Shown here one piece after another: positions 12,407 to 25,844 of a stretch of 64,000 bases of DNA. A program made the translations under genes and the position numbers. The notes beneath the pieces were generated by a model, which saw nothing but the letters and a program-made list of their open reading frames with translations, was not told where the DNA came from and ran no database searches. Numbering within the stretch: the stretch's first letter is position 1; each line of letters begins with the position of its first letter. This DNA is from Chiloscyllium plagiosum (taxonomy: Eukaryota), in assembly GCF_004010195.1 (NCBI RefSeq), contig NC_057718.1, positions 57,128,264 to 57,192,263 of the forward strand, written 5' to 3'.

Positions 12407-14669
12407 TGAGTAGTTGTTAGATTACATTCCGGATCATTCTATGCTACTCAGCACTTATTAAAATGTACTAATTTAGATGAGGTAAAGCATTAACATAAAT
12501 AGTTGTCAGATTCTAATATATAATTACTAATTGCTAAAGGATAATACGTTTTTCTTCACTGGTGCATTTTTTCACACAGACTAATAAATTGATCAAACCA
12601 TTCTGTAAAAGCACAAGAGTCATAAGTAAGGTTGCTGCAGCTCACCACTTTATTTATTACAATCTGTGCATGAATTCAATTCTTACCTCTCAAACCTAGT
12701 CCAGTTTAAATGACAATATGTAGCTCAAAGCAAGTTGCTGTGGTAAATATTTGGAGTTGAACATATATTCTTAGAGAGTTTGGATATAAACAATGTCTTA
12801 AGTTCTTTGGATGAAAACCATGCATCTTATTTGTAGTGGCTTGTGTATTTTGAGCTGATTATTGATTACAACAACCCAATATTTAGAGCACAATTTTCCA
12901 AACCCTGAGGCAAGTAAGCAGCTTACTTGCCCATATAGGGATATTTTGGCACAGAGGCCATGGTACTAGCATGTGGATTTAGGAAGCAGTGAAGCATCTT
13001 GTGAAGATGCACATGTCACTGAAATGTGCCACAGTGCTACATCAACATCAACATCAGAGGTGATGCATGTGCCTGCACTTTATGTGGCAAACACTGTGTG
13101 TGCATGAAGAGCATAGAGATGCGTGAACGAGAAAGGAGAGGCATACTTAGGAAGCCAAGGCTTCAGGTAGTTAGAATGTATTTCTGTGGTTAGCCCAGGC
13201 TATGAGCCACTTCTGGTCTGGGGACTTGGCCATGGTCAGTCAGATGATTGGTCCAGTTCAAGTCCAGTGATTAACACATTTTAGTCTGGGCACTGGACTA
13301 TCATCACCACTAGGAATTGAGCAAAATCAATTCAGATCAGTCATCTTGCACAATCAGTCAGGAGAGGACCAGGGCCAGTCAGCAATGTCCTGCAAAACAC
13401 TGGGAAATGGACCTAGACAATCAGGGGCTCAGTTTTATATAATCTGGGGTGTTTTGGGGTCTGACTTTTGTCATGTTAATCTGTCCACAGATTCAAGTCT
13501 TGGGATTGGCCTGATTGTATTTGATAGCTGAGGAATTGTGTAATTCTAGGGAGCAGTTGAATATAACAGGGAAGGAATCTGGTAGGTTGGGGAAGGAGAC
13601 TAGATTGCCTGAAAGGAGTTATCAAGGTAAATCATGTTCACTCTGGCTGCAACATGTGGAGAGTACAGGGACAGCAAAGGCATCGCTTTGCCTTATGCTC
13701 ATAGTGGATCAATCAGCCTAACCTTCTGTCTGCACTGGCAAGTCATAAAGTTTCAAAGTCGGCAAGCTTCAACATCACGCATGATTGTAGTCAAGGGTAT
13801 GGTGGTGGTCATGAGGGTCATTGGGAAATCAGGGATAACCTACAATAAGGATGGTGAAGAATTTGGGGATATTGTGAGTCATGGGGAAGCTTGCAGCAAA
13901 TGTAAATGTAAAGTTTATCATATGGATCTGAAAATCAAAAAGTTTCTGATATCAAAATGGGAGGAATAAGTCAAACTTTCATTGAAAAGGGATGGAGCTA
14001 ATGGCTGTAAAATAAGGTGATCTATAGTACTAATCCAGTGATTAATCAATGCTAACCATGTCCTTTCAATTCCCATTTAATCAGCAAATCAATGCACCAA
14101 AGTGTAGGGTGCCTTCTGTATCATTCCAACTCCATTTTGATTTAGTCTTCTCCCTCTATCCCTACCTTTCCTTCTCCTTTGGTGTTACTGCCTTGTCCTA
14201 ATGGAATGTGCACATAAATTGAATAATGGGAAATACAGGTAATTTACTGATGGTGAAAAAAATCATGGGTAATTTGGTGATGGGAAAAGCTGTTTGGTGG
14301 GAGACTAATGGAAGATCTAAACCTCTCTTGACCAATTGTACCTTCATCAGCACAAATACAAAAATATTGAAATGTTACAGGGAATATTTGCATGGCTCCT
14401 ATGCCAGGATAACATGCACATTTTTGACGTCTTATGCATTTTTAAGGTCTTATGATGCAATAGTGGCATTCCTACTGCTGGGTACAAAGATCCGAGTTCA
14501 AGTCCTATCTCAAGAAGTGATGGCCACAGGGGTGTGTCATTACTTGTCTGTACAGTTAGCTCAGTTGCGAGAGTGTTTGACTGACGATCTAAAGTTCCTT
14601 GGTTCAGTTGTGCTCACTTCAGCACCAGACATTAGAGGAGGCAAGTAAATAGATAGTGACAGAAGTGCA

Positions 14670-14915
14670 GAACACCCCACCACCTGCAAGGTCCCCTTCA
14701 AGCCACTCATCATCCTGACTTGAAAGTATATTGGGGTTCTTGTTGCTCGGTCAAAATTCTGGAATTCTCTCCCTAAGGGCATTGTGAGTTGGAGGAACTG
14801 CAGTAGTTCAAGAAGACAGGTCACCACCACTTTCCCAAGGACAATGAGGGATAGGCAATAAATACCGGCTAGCTAGTTAACAAGCAATGCTTACGACTCA
14901 TGAGTAAATAGAAAA
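14670..14915 (+). mobile_element. L2-type LINE 3' tail, same tail as the DeuSINE-like SINE
   Basis: ggtcaaaattctggaattctctccctaagggcattgtg...gcagtagttcaagaag...agggataggcaataaa; homologous to 18640-19360. Confidence 0.65.
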
Positions 14916-15594
14916 ATAAATATCCAATAATTGAAAATCCATGTCCTGAATGAGCCCTTGGAAGATTTATTTTACATTCTCACTGCTCAACTTCCACACT
15001 GGTGTTGAGCAATCCTGCTGACTTGTCTACCCTTGCTGACTTTGAAGTCTTCGACAGATGTCCCTTGACATAGACTTTGAGGGCACAGCCTGCTGAGAAT
15101 TTCCTTCACAGAGGCGGGTTCACCCTCCTTGGTCTGAGCTGCTAAAGCTTGTAGGGCACCTTTGGAGTGTTCTGAGAAGAAGCTGCTGGGGTGCCTGCTG
15201 TTGCTTCTCCCTGTGAGTTAAAACACAGTTACTGAGTTGGAATTTCAGAGATGTTGCTATCAATTGTGTCACAAGATTAGAATTGATCATTTTGATGACC
15301 AAAATGGTGGTAATATATCTAGAATAGTAAAATAATTATGTGTGCCATGAAATGTAAGCAGATTTTAGCAATGTTAAGCATTTTATTGGATGATTTAAGA
15401 TTTATCCATCTGAGTAATTAGTATCAATATTTAGGGTTAAATTGTTAAAAGACTTGCATTGTGTTACATAGGAGTTACTAAGTATATTCAAGGCTGTTCT
15501 AAACAGATTTTTAAACAGTAAGGAATTCAAGGGTTGTAAGAAAAAGGAAAGAAAGTGGAATTAAGGATCAGATTAACAATGACCTTGTTGAATA

Positions 15595-15832
15595 AAGCAC
15601 GGAAACAGATACTTTGGTCCAACTTGTTCATGCCAACTAAGTTTCCCAAACTAAACTTGTCCCACTTGCCTGTGTTTGGCCCATATCCATCTAAATTTTT
15701 CCCATTCATGTAGCTGTCCAAATGTCTTTTAAATGTTGTAACTGTATCTGCATCTACCATTCCTGCATTCCACCCTGTTTGTGGAAAAGGTTCCCCCTCA
15801 GGTCCCTCTTTAATTTTTCTCCTCTCATCTTA
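15595..15832 (-). mobile_element. CR1 3' end fragment
   Basis: VVDADTVTTFKRHLDSYMN C-terminal motif plus 3' UTR. Confidence 0.8.
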
Positions 15833-18074
15833 AAAACATACACATGGCTGAACCACATGGTGTACTATTTCTCCTACACTATGGTCTTAAGAAAAAAATT
15901 GATATAAAACATAAAACAGTACAACGCAGTTTATACTGACCATGGTGCTTTTCTAAGCTAAATTGATCTACTTGCACATGGTCAATATTCCTGTATTCTC
16001 TGCCTGTTCATGTGTCTGTCTAAATACCTCTTAAACGTTGCCATTGTATCTGCGATTTGCTGAAGCTAATGATTACATTTTCTCAAATGTTAGGCAAGAT
16101 TGAAATGAGTTATTTTCTCAAATGGCTAGTTCCTTTTGGCTGTTTGCATGCATATAAATAGAAAGTTTAGATTTTCATTCGTTCCACAGAATAATTTAAT
16201 AGCTGCCAATTTTACGAAAATAAATAAACTGTAAAAGTATGAATCTAAGTGTGAAGATTCACACTTGCAGTCAGCTGCTAGGAACAATTATAAATAAATG
16301 GGAACTTCCAAATTTATGGCAGCAACCTTAAGAGAGCCTGAATTGCCTGCTTATTATTGATATTGTTTTTGGAATTGTTGTATTGGCCTGGTCATATTTT
16401 ATATTGCCCCAATTGGAGCACTTTGTGCACATTTCACTCCCTTTACACACATACAGACAGGCACAGGCGGGAAAAATGGTGGGTGTTATGAGCAGAGGGA
16501 AACACTGGGAAGGCAATTTCATGGTTCCTATGCACAGATAATTTCTATCTCCAGATGCTTTCACTTGTTTGCAGGAGACACTGATGACTGGTTCACATTT
16601 AAAAAAGTCTCTAACTTATTAATTAAAAGTCATATCTTACAGCAACAGGTGAAGGAAAAATAAACTTTTTTTCAACCTTGAAGTGTTTATTACTACAGAG
16701 AGAGACAGCTCCTGGGATTAGAGAGCAGGTGGCTTCTTACTAGCTTGTTCGCAGGCCTGGAAGCTGATCACATTATTGGTAGGCAGAAGGGCCTTTGTCA
16801 TTGATAATTGGATACTAATCCACAGACCAGTCAGCTATTTGCCAGTTGAATTTCCATTTGTACACAGCCCTTGGCTCTAGCTCATCTGCAAACCATTCAC
16901 TACTGCTTGAACCAGCAGCTGTGTAAATAACATTTGCAATGAGTTTCACTCTACTTGCTTTCAAAAAGTGCGTCAGCACCTCAACAAGCCTTGGTTTTTA
17001 TAACATGTCTTCTCCCATTTCAACCCACAATCGAAAATGCAGAAAAATAAAAAGATATTGTCTTTATATAACATTGTAGTCTTCCATAATCTTCCAATAA
17101 AATCAGAATAAGCCCATGTACTTTGGTGTTACACAAACTTTGTGAAGAAAAAAATTTCTTTAACTTTAAATATGCAGTTGTGAGGAGAGCCAATAGTCAT
17201 TTTGAAATTGGAGATATTGTACGTTTAGTAGATTTGGGTTCAAAAGACATTGTAGAGGCATTGGTTGTAATCTTCAAAAATTCCTTAGATGCTGGAACAG
17301 TTCCAGTGAATAGGAAGTAACAAATGTAACACCTTCATTCAGTGGCCTGAAGCATTTGTCTGCATATGATCTCACCTTTGAGTTAAACCTTGAGTTTACT
17401 GGTGCAAAGTATTTTTCAAAGCTCAACATGAAGCAGAGCTTTTGGTTTGTCCACTTAGCCAAAGAGTCTCAACAGCTTACAAAATTTAGTACTCTATTAT
17501 CCCCAGTAGACAGAGATCATTAATCATATATTAACACTGGGAATTCTTTCAAGTGCATGTGCAGTTATTAAATAAGCAATCAATCATTCAAGCTCCACTT
17601 GAGGAAAAAAACTCTCCGTAGATCAAAAAATTGTCAATCAGAAATATTACATGGTTAAAAAAAAATTGCTGCTCTTTGGTACTCATAAATCTATCAGTCT
17701 TCCACTAACAAAGAGTAGGCACCCTTTCACTTCTCAGTTCCCCAGGTCTACCTTGTGTCCTGACTCCAACAATTAAGTATCTATTATTACATGGAACCTT
17801 TTCCTGAGTTATAACAACACAGAGCCATTCTTACTGTTCTTGACACCCCCCCTTCCCCAATCGCCTCCATAGAACATATATATTTTAACAGCCTTCTCAG
17901 TGGTACACTAACTCCAGAATTCCTAAGAAGGTGTCTACTTCTGTCTCTGTCTGACATCTTCACTGACTGCATATAACCTTTCAACTGCTCGTCAGTAAAA
18001 CCTGAACCATCCTCGGTGACCTATTGAAAACCTTGCAATAAGCCCCCCCACTGTTGCGGGGTGGAATAGGTTGG

Positions 18075-18432
18075 AAGGCGATAGCCTAGTGGTATTATCA
18101 CTGGACTATTAATTCAGAGACCCAGTAAGATTCTGGGGACCCAGATTCAAATCTCACCATGGCAAATGGTGGAATTTGAATTCCGAGAATAATCTGGAAA
18201 TAAGAGACTAATGGTGACCATGAAACTGTTTCAGTTGTCAGAATTGGAAGTTGGTTCATTAATATCCTTTAGAGAAGGAAATCTGCCATCCTCACCTGGT
18301 CTGGCCTACATGTGACTGCAGACCCACAGAAGTGTGGTTGATGCATAACTGCCCTCTGGGCAGTTAGGGACTGGGCAATAAATGCTGGCCTAGCCAATGA
18401 CACCCTCATCCTATGAATGAATTTTTAAAAAA
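18075..18432 (+). mobile_element. Near full-length DeuSINE-like (SacSINE1-like) SINE
   Basis: tRNA-like head (tagcctagtggtattatcactggact...agattcaaatctcacc), conserved core, tail gggcaataaatgctggcctagcc...catcctatgaatgaattttt aaaaaaa. Confidence 0.75.
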
Positions 18433-18639
18433 ATCAATGTCACCAACTATTGAAAGAGTCAAAATCTTCAGTTTATCCTGAAGGTCATATTCTTACAGAA
18501 TGCTCTTCATTACTATCAATCATTTAATGCAAACAAAAATCCTTCATCTAACTAAGAGATTTGAAGTTGGCAACATCTTTTAAACATACTTACTAAAAGA
18601 TTCCTAACTCCACAAAAGAGTTCCTCCTCAAGTTTCATG

Positions 18640-19360
18640 CAGGCTTCATGTATCCACCCACCTTACTGAAGATCTTTAACTCAGTGAAATTCACCAAAGG
18701 TCTTTCGACAGCATCTTCCAAACTCAAGACTACTTCCATCTAGAAGGACAAGGGCAGCAGATACATGGGAACATTGCCCAAGTTCCCCTCCAAGCCATTC
18801 ACCATCTTGACTTGAAGATATATTGCTGTTCCTTCACTGTCGATGGGTCAAAATCTTGGAATTTTCTCCCTAAGTGCATTGTGAGTCAACCTAAAACACA
18901 TGGACTGCAGCAGTTCAAGGCAGCACTGTGATTCAATGGTTAACACTGCTGCCTCACAGCACCAGAGACCTGGGTTTGATTCCACCCTTGGGTAACTGTG
19001 TGGAATTTGCACATTCTCCTTGTGTCTGTGTGGGTTTCCTCCAGGTGGCCCCGGTTTCCTCCCACAGTCCAAAGATGTGCAGGTTATGTGGATTGCCAAT
19101 GCTAAATTACCTACAGTATCCAGTAATGTGCAGGCTAAGTGGATTAGTCATGGGAAATGTGGGGTTACAGGGATCGTGTAGAGGGGTGGGTTTGGATGGG
19201 ATGCTTTTCAGAGAGTCGGTATGGACTCGATGTGCCAAATGACCTGTTTCCACACTGTAGGGATTTTTTGATTCTTCTATGATTCTAAGGCAGCTGACCA
19301 CCACCTTCTCAAGGATTACTAGAAACAGTCCATAAATGCTGACCAGCAATAATGCTAAGT
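18640..19360 (+). mobile_element. L2-type LINE 3' tail interrupted by a V-SINE
   Basis: Homology to 14670-14915 on both sides of the SINE. Confidence 0.65.
18925..19286 (+). mobile_element. V-SINE (HE1-like, older subfamily) with 8-bp TSD
   Basis: tRNA head plus V-domain; aaggcagc at 18917-18924 and 19287-19294. Confidence 0.88.
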
Positions 19361-19902
19361 GTAAACAACAAAACTCAGTAAAATTTAAAATTGAGGCAGT
19401 TATTTAAGGGCTGAACCTGGTGTCACTTTCGATATCTGTCAGGTTGTAATCTTCCACTTTTTCTGCACTGGTTGAAATGGCTGGAGAGAATCAACTGGGT
19501 AGTTTAAATTACTGTGTCCCTACCTATATTTTCAGCCGCCAGATGGATTTGCTCAATGTTGGGATTTGGCCATATAAAATTTGGCCCATTTCAATATTTA
19601 GGTATCCTAGAGAAGAATTATTTTGAAAAATCTCGTGCCCTAAAGACAAAAGTGTAAATCTTTTTTTCATGTTTAACTCTTACTATTTTTGATGTCTTCT
19701 GTCAAAAACTGAATTTGATGTATTATTTGTACAATCCAGGTGGAAGCCATAAAGCACAGGATGAAAATCCTTTGCAATTTCATTCTTCCCATCCGCAAGA
19801 CTTAAATGCCTTGTTGAAAACCTAATTTGATGTTTGGCAACAACTGCTACCTCAGTAATCTGCATTTTTTTTTTGACATATGCATTTTCATGCGTTCATC
19901 AG

Positions 19903-20074
19903 ACAATCAAAAGATGAGTATGAACGGGAGGTAGCAAAGAGATATGCTACTGAGGCAGGAGCCAAAGCTGGATCAACACAAAGTGACTTAGAGAAAGCAA
20001 TTGTGGAGAATGCACAACAGGAGGAAGCTCGGCTTTCCAGACAACACGAACAAGGAAAGGAAAATTTACAACGG
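19903..20074 (+). CDS. CFAP36: CFAP36 internal coding exon
   Basis: Acceptor ttcatcag|, donor |gtaata, 172 nt, phase 2 to 0. Translates (R)QSKDEYEREVAKRYATEAGAKAGSTQSDLEKAIVENAQQEEARLSRQHEQGKENLQR. The start matches CFAP36 RKSKEEY; the donor choice is less certain than the acceptor. Confidence 0.88.
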
Positions 20075-22003
20075 GTAATAAAATCATTTAAGATGGTACT
20101 TAAGTTTGTGATAAAATGCCATCCTCTACATCTAAGTTACAACATTTAGAAATTCTGTTGTAATATTGAATAGGATTATAAACCCGAATTCTGGGCTGAG
20201 TATCAAAGGAATGGACTTCATTATTTATTTCAGATATGATTGTCCAGATGCTGTTCATAGTCTTTCAGCAAAGATTTCTGGTTTCAGACATCTAATCTAA
20301 TATGGAGCCCTCTACAGATGATATGTGATATTTGTGAACAGTATGGAGGTTCTTCACCTGGTGAATTTAAAGAATCCGCATTGAAGCATGCAAACAAATC
20401 TGAAACATTAATTTTTTTAAAGATGAGATTCCACACTTATAAAATTAACTTTTCGGGTCAATTTTGAGTAGCATTTATTACTACTATCTATTGAGAATTA
20501 ACTTACTCCTGATTCGTCTACCTGAGTGTTTTGATGCCTTTGCAATGTTTATTATCCTGGGTTTATGACAATAAAGTAATGTCTGTATAGATTCCGTCAG
20601 TAAAAGCTGTGGTTGTGCAGAATATCACTGATAATAACTTTCAGATCTCCAAATTAACTGTGCAAGTGCATGGTAACAGCATCACATAGACCATTGATTG
20701 AATCTGGACTGATCCTGGTCTACAATACACATTTAACCACAAAGCGTGGTGTTCTTAGTGTCACTTCTACAAACAAGCCTAAAAGCCAGTATATGAAGCC
20801 TGTTGACTGATAATACTGACAGAAACTAATAACAGGTTAATTTCAGGCAATAGGTTCTTTTGTACCAAAGCTTTTACATATCTACTGGCTACTGAGCAGT
20901 TACTTGTATAAAATCATACATATTATACAAAATAGTCTTGGAGTATTCCGAACCATTAATTATCGCAATCAGCCCAGCACCTTGTTCAATATGGCACTAC
21001 CAGTTTGTGCTTGAACATTGTTTCTGACCTTACCTTACAATAGAGTTTTGTTTCTACTTTTGTTTCAATCTAGAGAATCTGTATTTGTCACCACAAGATC
21101 TAATTTGAGCACATTAACAAGTGTTAAGAAATGTTTTCAAGAATTGTACATAGAACAAATGCTGAGCTGAACCCTCTTTTAACCCCAATTAATTTGGCAA
21201 CAAACATCAAATTATTTAAAGCTTCTTGAAACTTCAATGTGCTATGTAGAAGTTAAGACTAATTAATGTCTACCTTGCCCATGCTCATTCTCTTCCTGGT
21301 AACCCTGTTTGTATGCACTTCTCTGGTTAGCTCCTGATTTCCAACAGTCTGTTCACCTTTATCTGTTTTGATGTTTCTATTTCTTTTTCTCATTTCAGTT
21401 TGGGTAGGAAGGAAATTGTGTACTGTCATGTTGGAACAATTGACCATATTTCACAGAAAGGATTATTACAAAAAGTGACTTTTTAAAAAGTGTAGTGTAT
21501 TTGTGAATGTTTTAATTGAGGAACACAAGATCATCGCTTTTCTTATGATACTAATTAGCTAACTTTGTTGTTTCTCAGATTTTAAATAGTTAAAAAAAAT
21601 ACTGAGTTATACTGATGAAGGCAATTTATTAAACTTTGAAAATTTAAAATAGAAGAAATTTTTAAAAAATGTCTAACTCTCCAAAACGTTTAGACTTCGA
21701 GTCATAGAGTCATTAGGATATATAGCACGGAAACAGATCCTTCAGTCAAACCCGTCCATGCCGACCAGATATTATAAACAAATCTAGTCACATTTGCCAG
21801 CATTTGGCCCATATTCCTCTAAACCCTTCCTATTAATATACCCATCCAGATGCCTTTTAAATCTTGTAATTGTACCAGCCACCACCACATCCTCTGGCCC
21901 TTCCATACATGTACCACTCTCTGTATGAAAATGTTGTTACTTAGGTCCCCTTTAAATTTTTCCCCTCTCACCTTAAACCTATGCCCTCTATTTCTTGACT
22001 CCC

Positions 22004-22531
22004 TGTGGTGTAAAATTATGTCCCAATACATGTGTGAATCATAATGTAACACATGTATTGGGCCAAGCAGTGGAATGTGGTGTAAAATTCCAAGCAGTGG
22101 AATGTGGTGAAACGGTTAAAAATTATGTCCCAATACATGTGTGAATCTAACCGGAATGGAGGTGTTGCTTAGTCCCGTGTGAATCTTCTTATCTGTATGT
22201 AACCAGAATGGAATGTGTTTTTTAGCCTTGCTCTGCTGTTCACATGAATGTTTATATCTGGAAAAGAGTATATCAGCTGGAAAAGTCTCCAGTTCGGTGA
22301 GTCTGCTCCGGGGTTACGTTTAACCGCCGAGCGTGGGTTGTTGGCAACCGCTCTACGAGAACTGATGGCTCCCAGTTTTGGTAACATGTAGAGTGAGTAT
22401 AAGCCAGACCCGTTCTGGCGACGCTGCGGGGAATAAAATGCCCATATTCTAGCAGACTCGCCTCTTGGTCGTTTGTTCTGTGTCAGACTACTCTCCTACG
22501 AACCTGACCTTGAGAATTTTTTTTTAAAACA
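22004..22531 (+). mobile_element. Young solo LTR with 5-bp TSD
   Basis: TGT...ACA termini, CTCCC at 21999-22003 and 22532-22536, internal tataa and aataaa, CpG-rich. The CR1 sequence is continuous across it. Confidence 0.85.
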
Positions 22532-24847
22532 CTCCCCCACCCCAGAGAGAGGACCTTGTCTATATACCCTCTCCATGCCCTCAGGATTTTATAAACTTCT
22601 ATAAGATCACCCCTCTGCCTCCAACCCTCCAAGGAAAACAACCCCAGCCTATTCAGCCTCTTCATGTAGCTCAAATCCTCCAATACTGGCAACATCGTTG
22701 TAAATTCTTTCTGAACCCTTTCAAGTTCCACAACATCCTTCCGATAGGAGGGCAAACCAGAATTGCACACAATGTTCCAAAAGTGGCCTAACCAATATCC
22801 TCATGACCTCCCAACTCCTACACTCGATGCTCTGACCAATAAAGGAAAGCATACCAAACGCCATCTTCACTATCCTATCTACCTGAGACTCCACTTTCAA
22901 GGAATGAAAAACTCCAAGATCTCTTTGTTCAGCAACCTTCCCCAGACCTTACGATTAAGTGTATAAGCCATGCTCTGATTTGCCTTTGCAAAATGCAGCA
23001 CCTCACATTTAGCTAAATTAAACTCCTTCTGCCACTCCTCGACCCATTGGCCAAATTGATCAAGATCCCACTGTGTTGTTTCACTGTCCACTACACCTCC
23101 AATTTTGGTGTCATCTGCAAACTTACTAACTTATACCTCCTATGGTCACATCCAAATCATTTATATAAATGATGATAAGCAGTGGACCCAACACCAATTC
23201 TTGTGGCAGACCACTGGTCACAGGCCTCCAGTCTGAAAAGCAACCCTCCACCACCATCCTCTGTCTTGTACCTTTGAGCCAGTTCTGTATCAAAATGGCT
23301 AATTTTCTCTGTATTCCATGAAATCTAACCTTGCTAAGCAGTCTACCATGAGGAACATTGTCAAACGCCTTGCTGAAGTCCATATAGATCACGTCCAGTG
23401 CTCTGCCCTCATCAGTCCTCTTTGTTACTTCTTCAAAAACTCAATCAAGTTAGTGAGACATGATTTCCCAGGTACAAAGCCATGTTAACTATCCTGAATC
23501 AGTTCTTGCCTTTCCAAATGTAAATCCTGTCACTCATGATTCTCTCCAACAACTTGCCCACCATTGATGTCAGTCTCACCTGGCTTTTGCTTACAACTTT
23601 TCTTAAATAGTGGCACCACATTAGCCAACATCCAGTCTTCCTAGCTTCCCACAGATATTGAGGTACGCCTGATCAGATCTTGGGGATTTAGCCACCTTAA
23701 GATATCTAGCACCACCTCCTCGGTAATATGGACATTTTTCAAGATATTATCATCTATTTCCCCACAATCTGTATCTTCCATGTCCTTCTCTACAGTAAAC
23801 ACTGATGAAAAATACTCGTTTAGTATCTCCCCCCTTCTCCTGCGATTTCACACATAGGCTGCCTTGCTGATCTTTAAGGGGCCCTATTCTGTCCCTAGTT
23901 ACCCTTTTGTCCTTAATGTATTTATAAAATCCCTTTGGATTTTCCTTGACCCTATTTGCCAAAGCTATCTCATGTCCCCTTTTTGCCCTCCTGATTTCCC
24001 TCTTAAGTATACTCCTACTGCCTTTATACTCTTCTAAGGATTGACTCAATCTCTGCTGTCTATACCTGACATATGGTTCCTTCTTTTTCTTAACCAAATC
24101 TCAATTTCTCTAGTTATCCAGTATTCCCTCCACCTAACCAGCCTTGCCATTCACCCTACAGAAATAAACTGTCTCTGGACTCTCGTTATGTCGTTTTTGA
24201 AGTCTTCCCATTTTTCATCCATTTCTTTACCTGTGAACATCCGCTCCCAATCAACGTTTGAAAGTTCTTGCCTAATACTGTCAAAATTGGCCTTCCTCCA
24301 ATTTAAAACTTCAACTTTAGATCCTGTTTGTCCTGTTCCATCACTATTTTAAAACTAATAGAATTATGGTCACTGGCCCCAACCTGCTGTATTTCCCAAG
24401 ACTAGGTCACGTTTTGCGCCTTCTCTAGTCGGTACAACCACACACTGAATTAGAATATTTTCTTGTACACACTTAACAAATTCCTCTCCATCTAAACCCT
24501 TAACACTATGTTAGTCCAAGTCAATGTTTGGAAAGTTACAATCCCCTACCATGACCACCGTTTTATTCTTACAGATAGCTGAGATCTCCTTAATAATTTG
24601 TTTCTCAATTTCCTGCTGACTATTGGGGGGTCTATAATACAATCCCAATTAGGTGATTATCTCTTTCTCATTTCTCAGTTCCACCCAAATAACTTCCCTG
24701 GATGTATTCCCAGGAATATCCTCCCTACGTACAACAGCAATGCTATCCTTTCTCAAAAATGCCACTCCCCTCCTCTCTTGCCACCCTCCATTATCCTTCC
24801 TATAGCATTTGTATCTTGGAATATTAAGCTGCCAGTCCTGTCTATTC

Positions 24848-24972
24848 CTGAAGAAGGGCTTATGCCCGAAACGTTGATTCTCCTGCTCCTCGGATGCTGC
24901 CTGGCCTGCTGCGCTTTTCCAGCACCGCACTTTTCAACTCTGGTCTCCAGCATCTGCAGTCCTCACTTTCTC
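24848..24972 (+). mobile_element. Short PLE terminal element beginning at a hammerhead core
   Basis: CTGAAGA-A-GGGC-TTAT-GCCC-GAAA-CGTT...gcatctgcagtcctcactttctc; 15-bp duplication cctgtctattcctga at 24837-24851 and 24973-24987. Confidence 0.85.
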
Positions 24973-25844
24973 CCTGTCTATTCCTGAGCCAAGTCTCTGT
25001 AATTGCTCTGATATCCAGTCCCATGTTCCTCGCCACGCCCTGAGTTAATCTGCCTTCCCTGTTAGGCCTCTTGTATTGAAAATAAATACAGTTTAATTTA
25101 TCAGTCCTACCTCTTTCTCTGCTTTGTTCCTGCCTGCACTGACTGTTTGACTTGCTCCTTTTCTCAACTGTACCAGTGTCAGACTGATCGCTTTCCTCAC
25201 TTTCTCCACCTTGCTACTTAAATTCTCCCAAGCAGCTCCAGCAAATCTCTCTGCCAATATATTAGTCCCCTTCCAATTCAGGTACAATCTATTGTTCTTG
25301 TACAGATTACTTCTAGTCTGTAAACTGTTGTGATAAGACCTGTACTTCTTGTACAGATTACTTCTAGTCTGTAAACTCTTGTGATAAGACCTGTGGACTA
25401 TTATCACTAATAAGTTGTTTTGGATAACCAAACCACACAAAGATCTCCTCTGGTCTTTCAATGGTATTCTCTGAAGCAGTCCTCTTCATGATGATCATTT
25501 CAGGCCATTTAGTACGTGTGTCAACCACTATGAAAACATCGCTATGTAAAAAGCGCAATATATGGATTCTTTTCTATGACCAATGTGGAATGTATAGTTG
25601 ATTGAATTGTGATGGAACGATGACCATCATTTCCTCGAAGCTGCAAATGTGCACCTGCTCCAATATTCTGCGCATTGTGGCACCGACTTCTGTTACTGCA
25701 AGTTGCTGCTGTTCACGGACTTTAGAGGCTTATCCAGCCAGTAAGGAAATGAGAGGGCACACTAATGATGACTTTCATTCCTCATAGGAGATGTCCTGTT
25801 TATACAGATAGTTCTAGCTTCCGTATAACATGTTGGCCCACTAA

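Larger units (their letters stand above)
21700..25315 (-). mobile_element. CR1 LINE, most of ORF2 plus end of ORF1, decayed; hosts an LTR and a PLE piece
   Basis: [32 protein letters not shown] and APE motifs, 3' (ctatgact)-type tail. Same family as 32614-36700. Confidence 0.92.

Noticed and set aside
14226..14648. 140-aa ORF
   Set aside because: No recognisable motif or compatible splice sites; overlaps degenerate repeat sequence.
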